From contig NC_091999.1 of assembly GCF_044704955.1 (NCBI RefSeq), forward strand, positions 52,328,001 to 52,392,000: a DNA stretch of 64,000 nucleotides, written 5' to 3'. Origin of the DNA: Pristiophorus japonicus. Its lineage: Eukaryota. Shown here in pieces: positions 38,551 to 50,560 of this stretch. Each line of letters begins with the position of its first letter. The stretch's first letter is position 1. The translations under genes were made by a program, and so were the position numbers. The notes under the pieces were generated by a model that did no database searches, was not told where the DNA came from, and saw nothing but the letters and a program-made list of their open reading frames with translations.

Positions 38551-39250
38551 TGATCTGGGTGTCATGGTACATCAGTCATTGAAAGTTGGCATGCAGGTGC
38601 AGCAGGCGGTGAAGAAGGCAAGTGGCATTTTCGCCTTCATAGCTAGGGGATTTGAGTATAGGAGCAGGGATGTCTTACTGCAGTTGTACAGGGCCTTGGT
38701 GAGGCCATACCTGGAATATTTTGGTCAGTTTGTTCTCCAAATCTGAGGAAGTACGTATTTGCTATTGAGGGAGTACAGCGAAGGTTCAACAGCTTGATTC
38801 CCGGGATGAGGAGAGAATGGATCAACTGGGCTGGTATCGACTGGAGCTTAGAAGAATGCGAGGGCAACTCATTGAAATATATAAAATTCTGACGAGATTG
38901 GACAGTTTAGAGGCGGGAAGAATCTTCCCGTTGCTGGGGAGTTCGAGAATCAAGGGTCACAGTCTAAGAATAAGGGATAAATCATTTAGGACCGAGATGA
39001 GGAGAAACTTCTTCACTCAGAAAGTGGTTAACTTGTGGAATTCTTTAGCACAGAAATTTGTTGAGACCAGTTCGTTCGATATATTCAAAAGGGAGTTAGA
39101 TATGGCCCTTACGACTAAAGGGATCAAGGGGTATGGAGAGGAAGCAGGGAAGGGTTACTGAGGTTGAATGATCAGCCATGATCTTATCGAATGGTGGTGC
39201 ACTCTCGATGGGCCGAAAGGCCGACTCCTGCACCTAATTTCTATCTTTCT
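38551..39250 (+). mobile_element. 5'-truncated CR1 in the tRNA array (paralog of 26740-27446)
   Basis: Same 5' truncation point (GATCTGGGTGTCATGG) and same 3' junction (..TTGATGCG). Confidence 0.9.
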
Positions 39251-39614
39251 ATATTGATGCGTCTATATTTTTGGTTATTGTGTATGTGTGTGTCTGTATA
39301 TGTCTATCTGTATGTATGTCTCTGTGTATGTGCGGTCTATGGAAATCATCACCATAAATCTGGTATGTCCTGGAACTTTTAAAACAACTTGGGGAAAATA
39401 ATAAGGTTGTGATCTTTGGTATCGACTTTGGTTCAGTGGCTCCATTCTCGACTGAATCAGGAGGTTGTGTGTGTAAGTTCCACTCCTGAGACTTGAACAC
39501 ATCATCTTGGCTGACACTCAAATGTAGTACTTGGGGAATTTTGCATTGTTAATGCTGTTGACTTTTTGATGAAATGTTAAATTGAAGCTCCATCTGCACT
39601 CTCGGGTGGATGTG

Positions 39615-40845
39615 AAACATAGAAACATAGAAACATAGAAAATAGGTGCAGGAGTAGGCCATTTGGCCCTTCGAGCCTGCACTGCCATTCAATGAGTTCA
39701 TGGCTGAACATGCAACTTCAGTACCCCATTCCTGCTTCCTCGCCGTACACCTTGATCCCCCTAGTAGTAAGGACTACATCTCACTCCTTTTTGAATATAT
39801 TGAGTGAATTGGCCTCAACAACTTTCTGTGGTAGATAACTCCACAGGTTCACCACTCTCTGGGTGAAGAAGTTTTTCCACATCTCGGTCCTAAATGGCTT
39901 ACCCCTTATTCTTAGACTGTGACCCCTGGTTCTGGACTTCCCCAACATTGGGATCATTTTTCCTGCATCTAACCTGTTTAAACCCGTCAGAACTTTAAAG
40001 GTTTCTATGAGATCCTCGCTCATTCTTCTGAACTCCAGTGAATACAAGCCCAGTTGATCCAGTCATTCTTGATATGTCTGTCCCGCCCTCGCGGGAATCA
40101 GTCTGGTGAACCTTCGCTGCACTCCCTCAATAGCAAGAATGTCCTTCCGCAAGTTAGGAGACCAAAACTGTACACAATATTCCAGGTGTGGCCTCACCAA
40201 GGCCCTGTACAACTGTAGCAACACCTCCCTGCCGCTGTACTCAAATCCCCTCACTATGAAGGCCAACATGCCATTTGCTTTCTTAACCACCTGCTGAACC
40301 TGCATGCCAGCCTTCAATGACTGATGTACCATGGCACCCAGGTCTCGTTGCACCTCCCCTTTTCCTAATCTGTCACCATTCAGATAATAGTCTGTCTCTC
40401 TGTTTTTACCACCAAAGTGGATAACCTCACATTTATCCACATTGTACTTCATCTGACATGCATTTGCCCACTCACCTAAACTATCCAATTCACTCTGAAG
40501 CCTAATAGCATCCTCCTCGCAGCTCACACTGCTACTCAACGTCGTGTCATCCGCAAATTTGGAGATACTACATTTAATCCCCTCATCTAATTCATTAATG
40601 TACAATGAAAACAGCTGGGGCCCCAGCAAAGAACCTTGCAGTACCGAACTAGTCACTGCCTGCCATTCTGAAAAGTACCCATTTATTCCTACTCGTTGCT
40701 TCCTGTCTGCCAACCAGTTCTCAATCCATGTCAGCATACTACCCCCAATCCCATGTGCTTTAACTTTGCACATATAATCTCTTGTGTGGGATTCCTGTTT
40801 GATGCCCTCCCCAACATCACTACTACTGTTTGGAGGTCTGTACAT
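39615..40845 (-). mobile_element. CR1 LINE, internally deleted
   Basis: (AAACATAG)n reverse tail at 39615-39640; ORF 40063-40926 joins an endonuclease piece (YRPPNSS) to RT. Confidence 0.9.
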
Positions 40846-41703
40846 TTGCGTTATACCTACATAAGCAAGTATTACATACATAGGCATTTCAGTACCTTCA
40901 TCATAATTCTGAGCCCCTATTTGCAACCTTATAATTTATCCTTTACAGGGATCGATGCAAATCCTCCCTCATTGCTCCCTGAGTCCTCTAATTGTTTGGT
41001 GAGATGGTTATCCACTCTGCTTAGATCTTCGTTTTAAATCTGAAGATTCCCTAATTTTTCCATTGCAGTGCCTACGTGAATTGCATTGATACTCTGCTGT
41101 TGCATTACTGCAGTAGCTGAGGCAAATTGACTCTGCAAATTCTCAGTTTTCTGTTTATTGTCTCAATCTATTTTTTACAATTCTTCATTCTTAGCCGAAC
41201 TTTGCTTTTCCAATTCCGATATTTTATCCTCTAATTCTTTCTTGACCTTTGATTCATGTTCTGCGAAGTATGAAGGTGCATAGGTGACTAGATTCAGCGC
41301 CTTACCAAGCTTCTATTTCTTAGCTTTAATCTGATCATCAATAAAAGTGACCGTATCCTTAAGCGACACATTCGGGTTTTCCCCTAGGCAATCTACCAAC
41401 AGTGTCTGCACTTGCGTTTCGTCACATCTTTTTTCTAACTTTTTCTGATACTCTTCCCAGCGACACTCGTCTGGCATCTTAAAATTAATTATCTTTAATT
41501 GAGCTTCCTTACGAAGATAATAGTCACTATTGGTTGACATATATTAACCCACCACAAGGTTTGATCTGTAATCAAACGATCTGCCTTGCATCTGCTGTTG
41601 ACACACAACAACCTGTTTTCAAATGGAGAGAAAAAATTACAAGAGTCCCCAATTAAATTGGTAAAGAATATATTGTATTTTTTTTACAATACCTCTTTGT
41701 TTT
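40846..41703 (-). pseudogene. gag: Leader and N-terminal gag remnant of ERV B (coiled-coil rich)
   Basis: ORF 41313-41540 starts ~160 bp after the PBS and continues past stops into K/E-rich heptad sequence (KVKKELEDKISELEKQ). Confidence 0.5.
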
Positions 41704-41721
41704 GTCCCTTCGTGGTCGCCA
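41704..41721 (-). promoter_or_regulatory. Primer-binding site complementary to the 3' end of tRNA-Arg(TCG)
   Basis: Minus-strand TGGCGACCACGAAGGGAC is an 18-nt complement of ...GTCCCTTCGTGGTCG-CCA and sits 2 nt after ...CTACA. Confidence 0.85.
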
Positions 41722-41723
41722 GA

Positions 41724-42552
41724 TGTAGTTTTTAAATACTGAGCAGCTTTTTTGCCGCTTTGCTAACTGTAGCAATTCAACTATTCTCAGGGTTTATCTT
41801 TAATTCAAACTAGGAGACTTTTGTTCAAATCATAACAAATGCTTTTAATACAGGTATAATGGGTAAAAAAAAACAGAGCTTTATCAAGTTAATTATGTTC
41901 TGTTACAAAAAGTAATACTTAACAAATTATAGTCACAGCCTAATTCTCGATAGCGTCCTCTCGAGCTGACCGTGGTGCCGACTCCTTATCTCATGTTTTC
42001 TTGATTCACACTGCCTGCTGAATAGAAGAGCTATTAATTTATACCATTTTTGTCCGATTCAAATGCTATGAAAATCTGCTGCTGTTTTACCCTTACAATA
42101 GATCATATTGTCCACTGCCTTTGACCTTTAATGTTATCTCTATCTCCCCTCCCTCTCTGCGGCAGGAATCACTTCTCTGAGAACAGTTATACAGACCATG
42201 TCACACAGAATTCATTACTAAGCTTGGCTTAAAAAAATTATGATAAGAACTGGTACATGCCGCATACCTTTATCTGATTGATTAATAATTTTGGCCTTCA
42301 TCCTTCTAGTTCTAAACTAAGTTCTATCAGCAGTTACAAAAATGGATAACATAATAACGGCTCAGTTAACCATGATGCTTTGCTTCTCAGCCTTTGGTCA
42401 CATTTAAATGCATTTTAAGTTATACGGCCATTTTCTATCATTTATAAACTAGTTTTACAGACAATCAATGCATATACTGGAAATTACAAACATAAAAGTT
42501 ATTCATTAACTAAAGACGTGTAAAATAAGGTTCTTAACTCTAACTTCTAACA
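41724..42552 (-). mobile_element. 5' LTR of ERV B
   Basis: Ends ...CTACA next to the PBS; probable start TGTTAG at 42552; TATAAA at ~42038-42043 and ATTAAA at ~41844-41849. The 5' boundary is inferred. Confidence 0.65.
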
Positions 42553-43075
42553 TCTGTCAATAGCAGGTATATTAGATTAGTCAGCAACCCCATCCATTCC
42601 TAAACTCACTTCCAAGCCCCTTCAGCAGCGCCGATGAATCTTCCCTCCCACCAACGCTAAGTGTCATTCTACTACAGGAGCCCTCAGGCCTAGACCGCAT
42701 GGGTTTCGAGAAAGAGCAGCGTGGCATCAGAAGGAACACGGGGGAAGATACTCGGGTGTGGCCACAAACCGTGGGAGGTGTTTCTTGGTCGGGAAGCTCC
42801 GAATGAAAGTTCGGACGGTGAAGGACACTGTACCCAAAGTTCAGCGAAACAGGGAGCGAATGTCACTGGTGGGTCCCTGCGGGATCTTCAGTGAGTTCAG
42901 GGAGATGGTATCAGAGTGAATGGACCAGAGCAGGGAGACAGAATCCCTGGGATGATGACCAATGAGTTCAGGGAGATGGTAACAGAGGGAATGCAATTGA
43001 GCAGCGAGGCAGGATCCCCGGGGTGATGATCAGTAAGTTCAGGGAGATGGTGTCAGAGGGAATGGAGCAGAGTAG

Positions 43076-44865
43076 AACATAAGAACATAAGAACATAAGA
43101 ACATAAGAAATAGGAACAGGAGCAGACAATACGGTCCCTCGAGCCTGCTCCATCTTTCAATAGGATCAGGGCTGATCTGTTCATGGATTCAGCTCCACTT
43201 CCCTTCCCGCTCCCCATAGCCCCTTATCACCTTATCGTTTAAGAAACTGTCTATTTCTGCCTTAAATTTATTAAGTGACCCAGCTTCCAGAACTCTCTGA
43301 GGCAGCGATTTCCACAGATTTACAACCCTCTGAGAGAACAGATTTCTGCTCATCTCTGTTTTAAATGGGCGGCCCCTGATTCTAAGATCATGCCCTCTAG
43401 TACTAGTCTCCCCCATCAGTGGAAACATGCTCGCTACATCCATCCTGACAAGCCCTTTCATAAACTTATACTTTTCGATAAGATCACCTCTCATTCTTCT
43501 GAATTCCAATGAGTGGAGGCCCAACCTACTCAACCTTTCCTCATAACTCACCCCCCTCATTCCCGGAATCAACCGAGTGAACCTTCTCTGAACTGCATCC
43601 AAAATAAGTATATCCTTTCGTAAATATGGAAACCAAAACTTCACGTCGTATTCCAGGTTTGGCCTCACCAATATCTTATATCGCATTAGCAAGATTTCCC
43701 TGCTTTTATACTCCATCCCCTTTGCAATAAAAGTCAAGATACCATTGGCCTTCTTGATCACTTGCTCTACCTGCATACTATCCTTTTGTGTTTCAGGCAC
43801 AAATACCCCAGGTCCTGCTGCACTGCGGCACTTTGCAATTTTTCTCCATTAAAATAATAACGTGCTCTTCGATTTTTTTCTGCAAAAGTGCATGACCTCA
43901 CACTTTCTAACATTATACTCCATCTGCCAAATTTTTGCCCACTCACTTAGCCTGTCTACGTCCTTTTGCAGATTTGTTGTGTCCTCCTCACACATTGCTT
44001 TTCCTCACATCTTTGTAACGTCATCAAACTTGGCTATGTTACACTCAGTCCCTTCTACCAAGTCGTTAATATAGATAGTAAATAGTTGGGGTCACAGCAC
44101 TGATCCCTGCGGCGCCCTATTAGTTACTGGTTGCCAATCACAGAATTACCCATTTATCCCTACTCTCTGTTTATGTTCGTTAGCCAATTCTCTATCCATG
44201 CTACTATATTACCCCCAACCCCGTGAACGTTTATCTTGTGCATTAACCGTTTATGTCGCACCTTGTCAAATGCCTCTAGATGTCCACATACACCACTTCC
44301 ACTGATTCTGGTTTATCCACCCTGTTCGTTACATCCTCAAAGAACTCCAGCAAATTTGTCAAACATGACTTCCACTTCATAAGTCCATGCTGATTCTGCC
44401 TGACCGAATTTTGCTTTTCAAAATGTCCGGCTACAGCTTCTTTAATAATCAACTCCAACATTTTCCCAGCCACAGATGTTAGTCTAACTGGTCTATAGTT
44501 TCCTGCTTTTTGTCTGCTTCCTTTTTTTAAATAGGCACGTTACATTTGCAATTTTAAAATCTGCTGGGATCTCCCCAGAATCCAGAGCATTTTGGTAAGT
44601 TAAAACCAATACATCCACAATCCCTATCACTACTTCTTTTAAGACCCGAGGATGCAATCCATCATGTCTAGGGGATTTATCCGCCTTTATTCCCATTATC
44701 TTACTGAGTACCATCGCCTTAGTGATTGTGATTGTGTTAAGTTCCACCCGTCCTATAGGCCCTTTACTATCCACTGTCGGAATATTGCTAGTGTCCTCGA
44801 CTGTAAAGACTAATACAAAATATTGTTGAGAATTTCTGCCATCTCCATGTTCCCCATTACTAATT
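43076..44865 (-). mobile_element. 5'-truncated CR1 LINE
   Basis: (AACATAAG)n reverse tail; RT ORFs 43189-43800, 44276-44473 and 44493-44774. Confidence 0.92.
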
Positions 44866-45039
44866 TCAGTCGGGCTAACTGCATTCTGGAAACAGGAGAC
44901 AGAGTGTCAGGGTTTAATGGGTGTTGCTGAGATTAGAGCAGGATTGGAGGTGGTTACTTTGCTCCTCGTTCTGTTTAAAACGTTTGGACTCGGGAGTCAT
45001 TTAAAGAGGACAATCCAAAACCAAAAATCATTGTACAAA

Positions 45040-45500
45040 TTCCCTCCCCGAGACATAGCCAAACTCGCACCAAGTCCCGGTCACCAATCACACCTCTGCT
45101 CGATTACTTATAGGGGGTTCCGGTCGAGCAACGGCTAGATTTTAAAATTCTCATACTTGTATTCAAATCTCTCCGTGGCCGCACCCCTCCCTATTTCTGT
45201 AAACTCCTCCAGCTCTCCAAGCTGTCAAGATCTCGAGGCTCCTCCAAGTCTGCCCTCACGAGCATCCCCGATTTTAATCGTTTCAGCTGCCCAGTCTCTA
45301 AGCTCTGTCATTCCCTCCCTACACCTCTCTGCCAAACTTTATCTCTCTCTCTCTCTTCATTTAAGACACTCCACAAAACCTATCTCTTTGAATTTGGTAA
45401 TCTGTCCTAAAATCTACTTATATGGATCGGTGTCAAAAATATTTTGTTAACGCTCCTGTGAAGCGCCTTGGGACGTTTTACTACAATAAAGGCGTTTGCT
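45040..45500 (+). mobile_element. L2-like LINE 3' end
   Basis: FKILILVFKSL remnant; terminal GTGAAGCGCCTTGGGACGTTTTACTAC motif. Confidence 0.65.
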
Positions 45501-45524
45501 GTCCTTGTTGCATTTGTTATCAGT

Positions 45525-48500
45525 ATAACATAGGATTACATAAGATATATGGCACAGAAGCAGGCATTCTGCCCAACCAGTCCATGCCGGCGTTTATGCT
45601 CCACTCGAGCCTCCTCCCGTCTTTCTTCATCTAAATCTATCAGCATAACCCTCTATTCCCTTCTCCCTCATATGCTTATCTAGCCTCCCCTTAAATGCAT
45701 CTATGCTATTCTCTTCAACCACTCCCTGTGGTAGAGACTGCCATATTCTCGCAATGCTTTGAGTAAATAAGTTTCTTCTGAATTCCCTATTGGATTTTTT
45801 GGTGACTATCTTATATTGATGGCTTCGAGTTATGCTCTTCCCCACAAGTTGAAACAATCTCTCTGTATCCACTCTGTTAAAACTTTCATAATTTTAAAGA
45901 TCTCTATTAGGTCACCCCACAGCCTTCTTTTTTCAAGAGAAAATAAAAGCAGCACGTTCATCCTTTGCTGATATGTATACCCTCGCATTTCTGGTATAAT
46001 CCTTGTCACACTTCTCTGCACACTCTCTAGTACCTCTATATCTTTTTTATAATGTGATGCCCAGAACTATACGCAAAACTCGAAGTCTGTACTAACTAAC
46101 ATTCGATACAGGTTCGGCATAATTTCGGTAATTTTCAATTCTATCTCTAAAAATAAACCCTAGTGCTTAGTTTGCTTTTTTATGCACTTGCTAACCTGTG
46201 GTGCAACTTTTAGTGATTTGTGTATTTTAATCCGAGATCCCTCTGTTCCTCTAGCACACCTTGATTCGTATCCTCCAAGTAATAAGTGACCTCCCCATTT
46301 GTCCTACTAAAATGTAACACTCACATTCATCTATGTTGCACTTCGTTTGAAAATTATATTCCCATTCTGCAAGTTTATTAATGTCCTCCTGTAATTGTTG
46401 CAGTCCTCAGTCTTGAATGACCCCTCTCCCCAGGTTGGTGTCATCTGCAGATTTAGAAATTGTATTTTTGATTCTAAATCTTTAATATAAATTGTGAACA
46501 ACAGTGGTCCCAGCACTAATCCTTGTGGAACACCACTACCCACCTTCTGCCATTGTGAATAGCTACTACTTTTTTACCCTACTCTCTGCTTTCTGTCTTG
46601 AAGCCAGCTAGCAATCCATTCTGTTCTGCTACTTGTCCCCTCACTCCGCATTCTCTGACATTGTTCATCAGTCTATTCTGGGGTACCTTATTAAAGGCCT
46701 TTTGTAAATCTAGATAACTTATGTCAACTGCATTACCACTGTCTATTATCTCTGTTACTTCTTCAAAATAAATCAATTACTTTGGTCAAGCAAGACTTTC
46801 CTTTTTAAAATTCATGCTGACTGTTCATTATTATATTTTTAGCTTCTAGATGTTTTTTTATTTTCTCCTTTAGTAGGGATTCCATTAGTTTCCCTACCAC
46901 GGATATTTGCTGACTGGCCTGTAGTTCCTTTGACGAGACATGTGACACTTCTTAAATATACATATTACGTCAGCTATCCGCCAGTCCTCTGGCACGACAC
47001 CTTTTTTTAACGAAATATTAAGCATGTGCAGTAATGCCTCTGCTATCTCTTCCCTATATTGTTTTGAAATACATGGATGCAATCCATCCGGACCAGGGAT
47101 TTTATCCTTTTTGATTTTGATTAGTTTGGATAATATATCCCCTGTTTTTATATCAAATGCACTGATCGCATTTCTAATCTCATCGTCGAATATCATGGCC
47201 TCTTGTTCTATCTCCCAGGTACATACTGAAGCAAAATGATGATTTAATATCTCTGCCATCTCTTTGTCGTTAGCTGTGGTATTATCCTGTCGAACCCTTA
47301 ATGGCGTTATTCGCATTTGAACATTTCTTTTTAATTGATGTGCATGTAAAATATTTTACAACTTTGTCTTATGTTCCTAGAAAATTTATTTTCATAATTC
47401 CTATTTGCCTTCCTAATTGTTTTTTTTGTTACTTTTATCCAAATCTCTTCATATCCTCCTTTGTCTATGTGCTTCTTTCCATACCCTCAATTGTTCTCGT
47501 ATGGCTTTATTCATCCCTGGAGTCTCATTCGTGTTTATGGTTTCTTTAGTTTTAGAAGAATATATTGTTCCTGCACTCTGTTGAACACCGTTTTAAATAC
47601 TGCATCTCCAGTGTCATCACCGGAATATCGGATGAGGGGAGGGCGAGCTCTGGTGTGCTGGCCTTCAGCACTACATCTCTTCTGTCTCCAGTTCATTAAG
47701 CTGCTTTTAACATCACGTGGACTGAAAAGAATGAGCTCGATGCTGCTCTCTGTGATGGCGGAAATCTCAGGAGGAGTGACTACGCCCATTACTTCAGCAT
47801 CTTTAACTGATAGGACTGTCAATCACATCGAACTTCATTCCTGATAACCAGTGCAGGTTTCCTCTATTTTTGAGCATGGGATGTTTATGCAGCATCCTGG
47901 ATTCTCGGCTGGATATGACTGAGCTGCGGTGTTTTACTCTGATCCGCTTGCTGTGGGAACACATATCTCTGAGATAGACTGCTGCCTTTGTTCTTTCGCA
48001 TGTAGATAGCCCTGTGTGATATCTTCCCAAGGTTTGTATCTCAAACTAATATGTGCCTGATTCTGGGTTCGGCACGTCCCTTCACACTCCACTGAACTAA
48101 GATTGGTCTCATCGCTCGATTTTGAGCAAAAGACATTGGCCTGAATCGTTAACTTGATCTTACAGATACAGCCTTACCTGCTGAGTGGTTCTGGCATTTT
48201 CTGTTTTTATTTTTATTTTCCTGGCACGAGGGCGATCATGGCGTGAGGGATGTGTCAGATCATCAGGTTACAGAAATGGTGATTCAAAACACCCGGTGCA
48301 GGTTCATTTTGGGGTCACTGATCTGATGCCCTGACCCCGGAGGATGCCTATTGTGGGGTTACTGATCTCTCTCTCTGAACCTGGATGTCCCATCACACTG
48401 CATGATGGGGAGGTCCACACGGTGGAGATGAAATGTTGTTTTCACAAGGATTGTGTGGCCTTTATTTCTATTAACTGTACTGTTCCTAGCCGTGTTTGTG

Positions 48501-48850
48501 ACAAGTATTTTGGTGAAGACAAGCTCAATAGGTGATTCCCTTGTTATGGTTCCATTGCCAACAACTGAAGCCCAGTCAGGCAGGCCTTTCCTTCAGGAAT
48601 CCCTCACCTTGACCAGTGGTGTAGTCCCGGGTCATAGTGTTGGACTTACAAATCCGCAATCAGATTGCATTCTGCGATTTTCTTCCCTGAGAGAAACTTC
48701 CAAGTGAATTTCATCAGTTGAGGGGACGGAAGTTAATGATCGGCAGCAGGTTCCTTTCACCTAGTTTCACCTGAAGTCTTGAGACGCTATGGGCTCCATA
48801 TCCGATGCTGAGAACTATCAGGGGCAGCCCACCCAGCAGTATATAGCTAT
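45525..48850 (-). mobile_element. Old CR1 (~45.5-47.6 kb) plus further degraded LINE fragments
   Basis: ORFs with PGPDGLHP, LDLQKAFNKVP and GVPQGLVLGP. Confidence 0.75.
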
Positions 48851-49499
48851 ACGCCATCTGTACACCAAGTGCCGCTATCAGTGTACCGCCAACCGTGGAG
48901 CATTGGCTCCACGTGCCCCAAATCCTCAAATTAAAACTCCTCATTCTTCTGTTTAAATACCTTCATGGTATTTCCGGTCATTATGTCGCTAACTTCATCC
49001 AGTCTAACAGGATCCTCGCCCACTGCGTGCTGATCATTCCTGTAACTCTGTTCACCCTCTCCCGCTGCTCCAATGGTCTTCCCTTGTCTCCAACCTCTTG
49101 TCCACACTCCTCTCCCTTTGCTCCACTAGCGGTGATCATTAATTCAATCGTCAAGATCTCACGTTCTGGAATGTCCTCCCGAAATCCTTCTTCCTCTCCA
49201 CCTGCCTCTCCTCCTTTAAGCTCAAGTTTTTAGTCACTCTCCCTGTTCTCTCAATCTTTGGCTTGGCATCCAATTCACATTTTTATGTTTTTACCCCTTG
49301 TTCGAACCACTCTGTAATGCAAGTTTCTGTGAAATAAATTACCGACTGATTCATTATTTTTTATTGATTATTTGCAGTATTAGTTTATTAAACATATTGT
49401 CTCTCCTTCACGCTTGAAGTTTTTTTATTGTCATGATTTATGGTGGCATTGGTGTCCTTTGACTCATCGTGTTCTCCCCACTGCCAAAAGTCCAGTCCG

Positions 49500-49900
49500 T
49501 TGATTCATTCAGTCCTGCCCAACACCAATCCGTCCCATCCACTGGAGCATTCAGTCATATCCTAACATTCACCCGTCCCATCCACTGGTACATTCTGACC
49601 TGACCATCACGCACCCGTCCCATGCACTGGTCCATTCAGTCATGTTCCAACACCCACCCGTCCCATCCAGGGTCCATTCAGTCATGTTCTAACACCAACC
49701 CGTCCCATCCACTGGTCCATTCAGTCATGTTCCAAAACCCACCCGTTCCATCCAGGGTCCATTCAGTCATGTCCCAGCACCCAACCGTCCCATCCACTGG
49801 TCCGTTCAGTTATGTCCCACCACCAACCCGTCCCATCGACTGGTCCATTCAGTCATGTCCGAACACCTACCCGTCCAATTCACTGGATAATTCAGTCCGA
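49500..49900 (+). repeat. 42-43-bp minisatellite
   Basis: About 9 copies of CCATTCAGTCATGTTCCAACACCCACCCGTCCCATCCACTGGT. Confidence 0.9.
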
Positions 49901-50560
49901 ACCATTAGTTCATTGTCCCACTGCTTTCGAGACTGTCCCTGAGGGTGGCGCTACTCACACTCTGGTACTCCTGGATATTGTCCAGTGTCCTGCTCGGATT
50001 CAATGTCGGTTTCCATGATTTTGTTTAATTAATTGGTGAATGTTCCAATCCTCTAATAGTGTATCTGTCTGCAATTAGGATCCAATGGAAGGATTTCCTT
50101 ATGTAAGTTCCACACTTCAAACCTCATTCATCAGATGTAAACCGCTTTGGAAAGCAAGACATTCGTTGTTTCTTTCAAAAAACGATCAGAGATATTCCAC
50201 CGATTTTTAAAATTGCACCATTTTCCTTCGAATGGATACACAGCCCAGCCCATAGATGCATACCCTAAATGTGAACATGCGCTGTTTCTAACAGGGTCAT
50301 CGGAGTGTGATCAGGACGAGAAACTCTAGGTTATTTTCACTATTCATCCAAGGTCATTGAGGACATTGCAGAATCCAACTGCTAACCCCGTATAGGCCAG
50401 GAATTGGAGCTCGTTTCCTGCTACACCAGGGCGGTGTTTTACTATAAACTCTCTCTCCAGCAGAAAGGTCTATCAAAGATAAAGTACCCAGAGTTCTATC
50501 AGACAGGTGCTGTTGCTCTCAGTCTGAACTATAATCTCCCTGCTTTACTCTTCCTTACAG

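Larger units (their letters stand above)
19941..39615 (+). repeat. Tandem array of ~2.4-kb unit: tRNA-Asp, tRNA-Ser, DeuSINE remnant, tRNA-Leu(TAA), CT-rich spacer
   Basis: Leu copies at 30016, 32423, 34850 and 37257 (period ~2.4 kb). Spacer sequences are shared between units. The array is interrupted by CR1s and deletions. Confidence 0.92.

Noticed and set aside
17484-42552. One giant provirus (5' LTR/gag at 42 kb, env/3' LTR at 18 kb) carrying the tRNA array
   Set aside because: Orientation and order fit, but the two LTRs differ in length (~520 vs ~830 bp) and show no visible sequence similarity, so two separate ERV remnants are more likely.
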